Of a DNA stretch of 31,574 nucleotides, positions 24,713-31,574 are shown one piece after another. How positions within the stretch are numbered: the stretch's first letter is position 1; each line of letters starts with the position of its first letter. The DNA is taken from IMG/VR virus record IMGVR_UViG_3300022178_000319, positions 1-31,574 of that record; one strand, 5' to 3'. Under the pieces are notes generated by a model. The model was not told the origin of the DNA and did no database searches. It worked only from the letters and a program-made list of their open reading frames with translations. Both the position numbers and the translations under genes were made by a program. This DNA comes from a virus (taxonomy: Duplodnaviria > Caudoviricetes).

Positions 24713-24959
24713 CTTCTAGCTCCTGTGTCGGCTTTGCGGCTTGACGTACTTGAGCCATGCCCCTGTTATGCGCATCATCCTTTGCCGTCGTGCTGAGTGA
24801 CATAAACGTGTTTCCGTTCTTGTCCTTCTTAAGCCACGCTGACAGCCAGAACTCCTGACCATTGGCGTCGGTGTAATTGCCCTTATAGTCAGGGTGAGTT
24901 TCTTTTTCCTTGCGGTCGTTCTTAAACAAGACGCCTCGGTTCGTGTTGTCATACTCCAT
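24696..24959 (-). CDS. Small ssDNA-binding protein (DUF736-like)
   Basis: GVLFKN..K....PDYKG, WLSAW, SSB-type acidic tail EDDLPF. Confidence 0.75.
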   Translation of the reverse strand: MEYDNTNRGVLFKNDRKEKETHPDYKGNYTDANGQEFWLSAWLKKDKNGNTFMSLSTTAKDDAHNRGMAQVRQAAKPTQELEDDLPF

Positions 24960-25542
24960 TGGTTGCTAACTCCTTTCTTGCTTGGTTGAATGCGTCGTTG
25001 CCCTTACAGGCCGCCCGCTCTGTGGTTGTAAAAATGCCGCCCTTTGTAGGAGCGCGGAACAACTGAGCCATAGTGTCGTGGTCAATGTCGCCCCAGATAC
25101 CCGCTAGTGACTGCCAGTCCTCATTTGCGATTGCCTCTTTGGCATACATCACCCAGTCAAAGTGATCGCGGACAAGCGCCATGTACTCGATAAACTCGCC
25201 GTCATTCTGCTGTGTGATAGCGTTTGCCACTTCATCAGCACTGGCTATCTCCGTGCCGCCTAGCCCAAAGAATGCCAAGGCTCTGCCCACCGCTGAACTC
25301 TCTGCCACTTCCATCGCGGCCTGACTGTTGATCTTACTTGCCGACCTGACCTCTTCAGCGTGACCGGTAGCGATGACCATACCGGCGGCTGAGATTGTTG
25401 CCTTCATAACGACCAGCACGTCGTTAGCCTCTACAAGCTCAGTGAGAATCGTGTAGTCAGGGTGCTTGGCTCTAAACTCTGCCACACGTAACGCAACCGT
25501 CTTGTACTCTTTGCCATGAATCTTAACGATGCCGTCAGACAT
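24949..25542 (-). CDS. Single-strand annealing recombinase (Rad52/ERF-superfamily-like)
   Basis: Y.TVA.R, ATGHAEE and AESSAVGRAL...G motifs; adjacent to the SSB-like gene. Confidence 0.65.
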   Translation of the reverse strand: MSDGIVKIHGKEYKTVALRVAEFRAKHPDYTILTELVEANDVLVVMKATISAAGMVIATGHAEEVRSASKINSQAAMEVAESSAVGRALAFFGLGGTEIASADEVANAITQQNDGEFIEYMALVRDHFDWVMYAKEAIANEDWQSLAGIWGDIDHDTMAQLFRAPTKGGIFTTTERAACKGNDAFNQARKELATNGV

Positions 25543-25832
25543 TACTGACCTCCTCTGTTTTCATACTCGTAGCAGTCAGCATAGCCAGCGTTGTACGCCT
25601 CCGATTGCCCTTCCTTGTGCTGGATGCCTTCCTCCCAGTCAGTCCAGCCGCGAATAAAGTCTTGCTCTGACAGCTCTAAAAAGTCCGACATCCTCGCTTC
25701 CATTGCCGCTTCTTGCACATGAAACGGCATTGGCTTACGAATCGACAGGTTGTGCAGTTGACCAACCAGCCCGTCTAGCTCTTGAATAAGCTCTGCCTTA
25801 ATCGGCTTTGGCTCTACGAATTTAATTGACAT
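25542..25832 (-). CDS. Hypothetical early protein
   Basis: Translationally coupled; AYNAGY motif. Confidence 0.7.
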   Translation of the reverse strand: MSIKFVEPKPIKAELIQELDGLVGQLHNLSIRKPMPFHVQEAAMEARMSDFLELSEQDFIRGWTDWEEGIQHKEGQSEAYNAGYADCYEYENRGGQ

Positions 25833-26139
25833 AATCTAGCCCCTCTAATGTTGCGCATACTTCTTCTGCATTGATGATGCTGTAGTCTTGCCACTTGCAC
25901 GAATGGACACAGATACCGACCTCTTCAACAAACTCTTTGCGGCCCTCGAACTCCACGGGATAGCGACCGCCGACAGGGTGGTAGTGATCGTCGATTGAGT
26001 TTTGATCTACTAAGAGGGTGACGACTTTAGCTTCTGCGTCGTAGTTTTCAGCGCGCGCGGTAACTTCGATTGCTTCCAGTTCTTCAACGAACTCGTCCCA
26101 ATCATCTACCTGTTTGCTGATTTGAATTGCGATTTGCAT
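25822..26139 (-). CDS. Acidic hypothetical protein, first early gene
   Basis: GGGAG SD before the ATG at 26139 (MQIAI). Confidence 0.7.
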   Translation of the reverse strand: MQIAIQISKQVDDWDEFVEELEAIEVTARAENYDAEAKVVTLLVDQNSIDDHYHPVGGRYPVEFEGRKEFVEEVGICVHSCKWQDYSIINAEEVCATLEGLDYVN

Positions 26140-26169
26140 GGTGTTTCTCCCTTCAAAGTTCCACATGGA

Positions 26170-26222
26170 ACAATGTCAGAATACACCATTTACGATAAGT
26201 GTGTATCTTTTTTGTAATTATT
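26170..26222 (-). promoter_or_regulatory. Putative early promoter region
   Basis: AT-rich intergenic region with an A-tract and a TATTCT -10 candidate. Confidence 0.4.
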
Positions 26223-26570
26223 TTATCCGTAAGTCCACATCACGGGTGTGGTTGCCCGCATATCCACATGGACGAATGTACGCGCCACGCCTATTCCACC
26301 AAAGCCCATGCTCAGGGCTTCTTTAACGATCATCATTCTATCCACGCCGTTAGACACTGCTATGTCTGCGGCGATTCCCTGCGTGTGAGTGCCGCCTTTT
26401 TCTTTGTTGCGCTCTGCGGTGTGTTCTTTTGAGCGATAGCCTGACGTGATGACCAGCGGTCGGTTTACACGCTCGCGTAACTCATCAAGCATATAGATAA
26501 ACTCTGGCTTCATGTCATTCTCGCCCGTCTCACGACAGCGAAATTCTGATATATCAAAGTGCTTATACAT
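26223..26570 (-). CDS. Endolysin, peptidase M15 family
   Basis: F...EF.C, ITSGYRS, H..GIAADI, FVHVD.R Zn-peptidase motifs; start at a TAATG overlap. Confidence 0.9.
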   Translation of the reverse strand: MYKHFDISEFRCRETGENDMKPEFIYMLDELRERVNRPLVITSGYRSKEHTAERNKEKGGTHTQGIAADIAVSNGVDRMMIVKEALSMGFGGIGVARTFVHVDMRATTPVMWTYG

Positions 26571-26914
26571 TACCCTTTCCACTTAGTAAGTCCGCGAAGT
26601 CCGACACTGCTTGCGACAAGCGCGCCCAAGAGCATTCGGTAATATTCTGGCATGGTTTCCAGCACCTCGAAACCGTCGCGAACATAAGGGACGAGAGGTG
26701 GAATAAAACAAAGCACAAGAGGAATGCTAAACAGTATAGAGAAAAACTCATCGCGCCAGCTATTAGCCGCATTGCTTGCGTGAATATTTTCCCAGTTCGC
26801 GTCCTGCTTAATTGCTTCCATTTTGCGGTCATGTAACGCGCGCTTCTCTTCGCCCTTTCTTTCAAGGTGTCCCCCTACAATGTTGACCACCGGACCCAGT
26901 AAAGTCTGCCACAT
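26570..26914 (-). CDS. Holin-like membrane protein
   Basis: SWRDE followed by two hydrophobic segments and a basic C-terminus; coupled to the endolysin. Confidence 0.7.
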   Translation of the reverse strand: MWQTLLGPVVNIVGGHLERKGEEKRALHDRKMEAIKQDANWENIHASNAANSWRDEFFSILFSIPLVLCFIPPLVPYVRDGFEVLETMPEYYRMLLGALVASSVGLRGLTKWKG

Positions 26915-26915
26915 A

Positions 26916-27638
26916 TCAGTCCCTAATCAGCACGATGTCGAAGTTGGCCGTAACGCGCGAATCATTGCCGCTGACATTATCAATGCGTATGTCGATGTCT
27001 GTCTTCTCTGGGATTCTGAGCGGCGCGTGAAAGTCGTATCGGTAGTGTCCGGCAGTCTCTGCAATGTGGGCGATTCTAAACGGCTTACCAGTTAGCCGGT
27101 GATACATCATGATCTGTGCGTTCTTGTTTGAGTCAATGGTTGAGTCGAGCGCCACCAGATAGCCTGTATGGCCCGCTGGGATTGTGTAAACAGCCATGAG
27201 TGTTTGTGCATACCCTACGTCTATTTGCGCTACAACGGTTCCTGACGCGCTCACAGTACGTGCTGTGATGTCGCCCACGTTTGCACCGTCTTCGTAGGTC
27301 ATGCGGAACACGCGAATAAACTGGTTCGTGGTTGTGACAGCAGACGTGCCGGTCAAGGTTACAGTCTCGCTTATCTCGTGGTAGCTAGAATCTAAACCCT
27401 CTATGGTCAGCACTGCTGTGTCGCTGGCGCTAGTGCTTAGGCAGTAGATAGTCTGTGCGGTCGCTAGTGCCGCCCAGGGATACAAGCCACCACCAGACCA
27501 AACACTCTCAGGGTCAGTTGCTTGGTCAATGTCAAAGTTAGCACCAAACTTATGCACGATCTTTGAGTTAGATATAGCATCGCGAGCTACGTCAAGGTAC
27601 ACATTGGGAGTCGGGTGTTCGGGGTGAAATTGATACAT
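26916..27638 (-). CDS. Beta-rich 240-aa protein, probably virion-associated
   Basis: Thr-rich; VHKFG.N, VW.GGGLYPW, YTIPAG.T.Y, IPEKTDI motifs. Confidence 0.7.
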   Translation of the reverse strand: MYQFHPEHPTPNVYLDVARDAISNSKIVHKFGANFDIDQATDPESVWSGGGLYPWAALATAQTIYCLSTSASDTAVLTIEGLDSSYHEISETVTLTGTSAVTTTNQFIRVFRMTYEDGANVGDITARTVSASGTVVAQIDVGYAQTLMAVYTIPAGHTGYLVALDSTIDSNKNAQIMMYHRLTGKPFRIAHIAETAGHYRYDFHAPLRIPEKTDIDIRIDNVSGNDSRVTANFDIVLIRD

Positions 27639-27985
27639 TACTCTTGCTCCGTTGAATACAACGACTCCATCGTGCCGATCCGTATAGTCAGGTCGTGGAC
27701 GTCATCCTGCATTTTACGAAGGTCTTGCACATCTAGCTCGACACCTTCGATCAACATATCTTGCCTAGCATCGTCTGGAAGGCTTCCCAATTCGCCTCTA
27801 GGCCACAGTATGCGAAACTCTGTGTTTCTGCCTATCTCGATTTGAGATTTGTCTAGGGCGTGTTCTATGGTGTTCAGCCGCTCTTGTATGCCGAAGTAGG
27901 CCATCGTCGCGATGGACGTGGCCGCAACCATTGCGATTAAGTTGCGTATCGGTATCGTAATATCTGTGGATTCGTTGATGTCCAT
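27638..27985 (-). CDS. Membrane-anchored coiled-coil protein
   Basis: N-terminal hydrophobic segment, then heptads. Confidence 0.7.
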   Translation of the reverse strand: MDINESTDITIPIRNLIAMVAATSIATMAYFGIQERLNTIEHALDKSQIEIGRNTEFRILWPRGELGSLPDDARQDMLIEGVELDVQDLRKMQDDVHDLTIRIGTMESLYSTEQE

Positions 27986-27989
27986 GACT

Positions 27990-28175
27990 TCACTTCAGCC
28001 ATTGAGCGAATACCACGGCTCCGAAGATAAAAGGGTACAGGGCAAACACAGCATTTCGATTGCTGGCTATGTCTTTGTGGGCCGCGTCTACTTTCTCATC
28101 AAGTCTTCGTAGACGTTCTTCGCAGAGCCGTTCATGATTCGCCAGTTTTTCAATTGCCTTCTCTGCCAAGTCCAC
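27990..28175 (-). CDS. XhlA/hemolysin-like small membrane protein
   Basis: HE..C.ER coiled coil plus a C-terminal TM segment; GTG start. Confidence 0.65.
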   Translation of the reverse strand: MDLAEKAIEKLANHERLCEERLRRLDEKVDAAHKDIASNRNAVFALYPFIFGAVVFAQWLK

Positions 28176-28223
28176 AAAAAATCCCCCATAAAAAGTAAAG
28201 TCCTATGGGGGCTTATTATATCA
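28176..28223 (-). promoter_or_regulatory. Extended -10 promoter adjacent to an RBS-occluding / terminator hairpin
   Basis: TGATATAAT (28223-28215), then CCCCCATA-13 nt-TATGGGGG-ATTTTTT-GTG. Confidence 0.6.
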
Positions 28224-28433
28224 CTCGCTTGGCTCTTGCTCTAATGAACTCGCAAGCATATTAACGAATGCGTCACGACCGACCGATAATTGGTCTACGT
28301 TGAAGCGGGCGCTTGATAGTTTTCGATCAAGGTCTTTAACATGATTGATGCAAGTGACTTGCTCGTCGCTCATGTCCTCGATGAAATACTCTTTCTCATT
28401 CACTGTGATTGGGGTTTTTTCGTTTTTACCCAT
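28221..28433 (-). CDS. Small coiled-coil protein of the tail-fibre accessory cluster
   Basis: AGGAG SD; IT.N.KEY..EDM..EQ motif. Confidence 0.75.
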   Translation of the reverse strand: MGKNEKTPITVNEKEYFIEDMSDEQVTCINHVKDLDRKLSSARFNVDQLSVGRDAFVNMLASSLEQEPSE

Positions 28434-28445
28434 GTCACTTTCTCC

Positions 28446-28613
28446 TTACTGTTTTGCTTTGCCTATGTTTACGGCTAACACCTCCAACAACTTATAGAGC
28501 TTGGCAATCCAAACGTCATCTTTCGGCGTTGGAGTAATGGCCGCGATGATTGAGGCGGTCGCAATAACCGCCGTCGCTATGTTCGCAATATCTGTGATGA
28601 TAGACAAGTCCAT
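28446..28613 (-). CDS. 55-aa holin-like membrane protein
   Basis: Below the track cutoff: MDLSIITDIANIATAVIATASIIAAITPTPKDDVWIAKLYKLLEVLAVNIGKAKQ; TAATG coupling. Confidence 0.75.
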   Translation of the reverse strand: MDLSIITDIANIATAVIATASIIAAITPTPKDDVWIAKLYKLLEVLAVNIGKAKQ

Positions 28614-28930
28614 TACCAAGGTACGCCGTCAGCAGTGACAGGGTTCTTTTCTGCTTCAATCTTAGCCGCTAGAGCCGCCTCAGTTGCTTCCTGATCGACA
28701 GTCTCCCATACCCAGCCTAAGACTACCTCTTCGGTTAGATCGTCGTAGGGGACGTAATCAGGGTCTGTAGGGTCTGGTGTGAAACCTACAGTACCGTATG
28801 CAGAGGCAGAGAATGTTTCTTCACCTACAGTCTCAGACTCACTGACACGCCAGTGTGCTACTACTACTGCACCGTCCATGTCTGCTGGTTGTAAGTCTCT
28901 TTCTAGTGTTGCGATAGTCCATGTAGCCAT
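28613..28930 (-). CDS. Tail-fibre accessory / assembly protein
   Basis: TWTI..LER, V..AHW, YVPYDDLTEE.VLGWV, C-terminal GVPW. Confidence 0.75.
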   Translation of the reverse strand: MATWTIATLERDLQPADMDGAVVVAHWRVSESETVGEETFSASAYGTVGFTPDPTDPDYVPYDDLTEEVVLGWVWETVDQEATEAALAAKIEAEKNPVTADGVPW

Positions 28931-28932
28931 TG

Positions 28933-29145
28933 TTATGCTCCAAACACTGCGTTGCAGATAGCTTGTACGTTAGAAGGTTCTGATGACCAATCGTCGCCAG
29001 AGTTAATTACGTGACGGTGATACGACTGTGAAATCACAGCGCCGTCTTCAACAATACGAGTAGCGGTGCGTACTTGAACGACTTGACCGTCCTCTGTAGC
29101 TACTACTTCGATCTTATCTGCTACTACTTCTTTAGTTAGTGACAT
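28933..29145 (-). CDS. Tail-fibre accessory protein (start MSLTK)
   Basis: AAGGAG SD; DKIEV, VQVR.AT.I.EDG, S.SYHRH motifs. Confidence 0.75.
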   Translation of the reverse strand: MSLTKEVVADKIEVVATEDGQVVQVRTATRIVEDGAVISQSYHRHVINSGDDWSSEPSNVQAICNAVFGA

Positions 29146-29190
29146 TGTTGTCTCCTTAGTTAGTCCAGCCCCAGAGTCCACTGAGGCTAT

Positions 29191-31574
29191 TTAGGTTGTA
29201 ATGTAAGTTATGCAAAAGAACATATCCGAAGCACCGTCAACAAACTCGCTAACATTTACAACAGTCGCAGAAGAAGCATTTGAATCACTATTTATTTTAA
29301 ATAAAACAGCTGATCCTGAAATCCCTGGAACTGATGCGTTAAGCTGTGCGTACATTTTAGAAGCGTTTGTTGCTTGATTAAACTGCACAGGGCTTGCTCC
29401 TCTCGGCGTTCCTAAAGCTTCAAAAGGCAAGCCAGTGACATACAAATCTTCAGATGATGTAAGTCCAGTTATATCCATATTTATAATCTGTGCGTAAACA
29501 GTACAAACAGATCCTATTTTTCTGTAAAAACCACTTTCAGATGTTTGTGCTTCTGTGTTACCTGCTGAATCTGACAATCCAACTGTCCACGTCCCTTCTT
29601 CGTAGTCGTCTAGCTTGTTCGCAAAGCCTACCCCGCCGAGGTATACACCGTCAATTGCCGTAAAGGTGTTGGCATTGATGTTTCCGCTAAAGTGACCGTC
29701 TTTGAAGCGGTTAGCACCGTTGCCTAAACTAACAAAGCCGTCACGTTGCGCTCCAGAAGTCCCTGTTGGATAAATCAAGTCCGAAGCAGGGCTGAAGGAT
29801 AACGTGGTGTCGCCGTTGCCTATGTAAAGGTAGCTTGACGGATTGCTACCAATACTACCGACTGTTGTGCCGTCTTTGCGGAGCTGGATAATTTCGCCAT
29901 CTGTGGTTAACCGATTAAGTTTTAATGCGGTTTCGTCATCTGAAGTAAAGTAGTGTTGACCGTTAGGGCCAAGCGTTACACCTTCTGTTCCTAGAGACGA
30001 AACAGTCTTCCCAACCAACAAGTTGCCGCTTGAGTCGATGCGCATGGATTCATTGGAACCATTGTTGCGAAGCCACAGATGCGCCCCTGTACCAGTTTGG
30101 TGTACAAGGTTTCCAGAACCTCCTGAGTAAATAGTTCTACCAGAAGTTCCTAAGTAGATATTTCCTTCAACATGTAGTTTATCAGCTGGACTGTCCGTGC
30201 CGATGCCGACGTTGCCGCCTGTCTTAACTGTAAGTTTCGGAGTGCCTAAGCCGAAAGCGTTGGATAATGTCCAAGCATCGCTATTACCGCCATCAATACC
30301 CCATGTCCATACACTAGCGTCATTGTCAGCAATGTAATAAGCATCACTGTCTGCCGCTGTAGACTCTACACGTACCGCCGAAGCTGTTCCTGTTGTTCCC
30401 TGAACGTGTAGCTTGGAAGTGCTGATAGACGACGTACCAATACCCAAAGACTCCGCAGCCGCATCCCAGAAGAACTTCGCAGTTGTCCCCGTATCCTCAT
30501 ACAGCGACACATCTCCGTTGGTAGCAATTTTTAATCTCGATTCAGAGGCATTGTCTACGGTTCTAAATACTAAGTTTTTATCTGCCGAAGTTGAGGCGGA
30601 TGCAATAATTTCAAAGTTGCTTGCGTCGTTATAGTTTCGGATCAGTCCGCTTCTCGCTGAAGTGTCTCCGTTACCTATTAAAATTTGTGGTGTGTCAGAC
30701 GCCGCAGTACCTAAATCTATAAACTTAGCGTCTCCACTATTGACATCAACAGTCAAGCCATCGCTGACCACAGTACCGTTCACGTCGATTCCTGTGGAGG
30801 TGGTGGCAAACTTTTGAGCGTTGTCGTAACGAAGACTCACTGCACCATCATCATTAAAAAGCGCGTAGGTCTCCGTAAAATCGGAAGAACCTAACGAGAT
30901 AAGGTTACTACCGCCTAAGTATAAGCCACCTGTACCTGCATCTTTTATTAAGCTGACAGAGCCTGTGTGATAAATCTGTAGGTCAGAGCCAGCACCGAAG
31001 GTAGCCTTGGAGTTGTCAGCAAAAGTAATGTCATCGCCTGTACCTACGGCAACATCAGTACCACCAGTAGTGTTACCGTTAGCAAGGACTTCAGCGAGTG
31101 TGTCTGACGTAGCAACCTGAGAATCTACATAGGACTTGATTGACTGTTGTGTAGCCAATGCCGTAGCACTGTTGCTAGACATGTCGTCTTGGTCAAGGAT
31201 GTCAGTAACTGTGACAGTACCTGTACCTGACAGGCCGTCAAACTCTACGGTTCCGTTGACAGCGGCACCGGCAAAGGTTGGTGAGTCTGTAGTAGCAACG
31301 CCTTGGTTCAGAGCTTTAACTGAAGCTTCGCTAGTTAGCTCAGAGTCCATCAACGCACCAGCGGCAGTTACGTTAGCTGTGTCTGTCACGTCTGCTGAGG
31401 CTTCAATGCCGTCTAGTTTAGACTCGTCAGCATCAGTAAACGCATTAGTGTTTGCGTTGCTTTCGTAAGCAGTTTTGATTTGAGCAGGCGTTTGATCTGC
31501 TGTAGCACCTGCTTCAATACCGTCTAGCTTTGTACCGTCTGCGGCTACGTCTCGACCGTCCACAGTACCACCTA
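29191..31574 (-). CDS. Tail fibre protein, C-terminal part (5' truncated by the window edge)
   Basis: Frame is open to the edge; KLDGIEA.A repeats, FGAGSDLQIYH, GNVGIGT, MRIDSSGNLLVG, LDDYEEGTWT modules. Confidence 0.9.
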   Translation of the reverse strand, partial: GGTVDGRDVAADGTKLDGIEAGATADQTPAQIKTAYESNANTNAFTDADESKLDGIEASADVTDTANVTAAGALMDSELTSEASVKALNQGVATTDSPTFAGAAVNGTVEFDGLSGTGTVTVTDILDQDDMSSNSATALATQQSIKSYVDSQVATSDTLAEVLANGNTTGGTDVAVGTGDDITFADNSKATFGAGSDLQIYHTGSVSLIKDAGTGGLYLGGSNLISLGSSDFTETYALFNDDGAVSLRYDNAQKFATTSTGIDVNGTVVSDGLTVDVNSGDAKFIDLGTAASDTPQILIGNGDTSARSGLIRNYNDASNFEIIASASTSADKNLVFRTVDNASESRLKIATNGDVSLYEDTGTTAKFFWDAAAESLGIGTSSISTSKLHVQGTTGTASAVRVESTAADSDAYYIADNDASVWTWGIDGGNSDAWTLSNAFGLGTPKLTVKTGGNVGIGTDSPADKLHVEGNIYLGTSGRTIYSGGSGNLVHQTGTGAHLWLRNNGSNESMRIDSSGNLLVGKTVSSLGTEGVTLGPNGQHYFTSDDETALKLNRLTTDGEIIQLRKDGTTVGSIGSNPSSYLYIGNGDTTLSFSPASDLIYPTGTSGAQRDGFVSLGNGANRFKDGHFSGNINANTFTAIDGVYLGGVGFANKLDDYEEGTWTVGLSDSAGNTEAQTSESGFYRKIGSVCTVYAQIINMDITGLTSSEDLYVTGLPFEALGTPRGASPVQFNQATNASKMYAQLNASVPGISGSAVLFKINSDSNASSATVVNVSEFVDGASDMFFCITYITT

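Noticed and set aside
26563-26865. Alternative-frame 100-aa ORF inside the holin as an Rz1-like spanin
   Set aside because: No valid lipobox, TTG start, and no clear SD.
1-31574. Direct circular joining of the two ends into one fibre ORF
   Set aside because: The left fragment ends with 2 spare nt and the right begins with 2 spare nt, so a direct join is out of frame. No terminal overlap is visible, so sequence is missing or these are two genes.
29191-31574. Diversity-generating retroelement or invertible fibre cassette
   Set aside because: No RT or invertase is present. Repeat mismatches are not adenine-specific and the repeats are direct, not inverted.

Overview
The window is most of the genome of a small tailed dsDNA phage with a siphovirus-like tail (about 50% GC). 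All credible genes lie on the minus strand. In transcription order (high to low coordinate) it holds: the 3' part of a modular tail-fibre gene with small accessory genes; a lysis cassette (several small membrane proteins, holin, peptidase M15 endolysin); an early region (SSAP, SSB-like protein, two HTH proteins, a 390-nt structured non-coding region, a truncated initiator-like protein, a PD-(D/E)xK-like nuclease, NinB, an HTH-metallophosphoesterase, a NinG/HNH-like protein, a C5-cytosine methyltransferase); packaging and head genes (TerS, TerL, portal, minor head, scaffold, capsid); neck and tail genes (tube, frameshifted chaperone, tape measure, Dit, hub, GNAT, 1940-aa tail tip); and the 5' part of a tail-fibre gene. 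Both ends fall in related tail-fibre sequence, suggesting a nearly complete circularly permuted genome with a gap. I see no integrase, DNA polymerase, primase, helicase, tRNA or CRISPR. The two best leads are (i) a dual-frame methyltransferase whose motif IX and three tandem PTP modules are encoded by a fully nested +1-frame gene with its own Shine-Dalgarno, and (ii) a replication locus where a multi-stem non-coding element with iteron-like repeats and an antisense terminator separates HTH genes from an initiator-C-terminal-like gene. All family calls come from motif recognition and synteny; no database searches were run.
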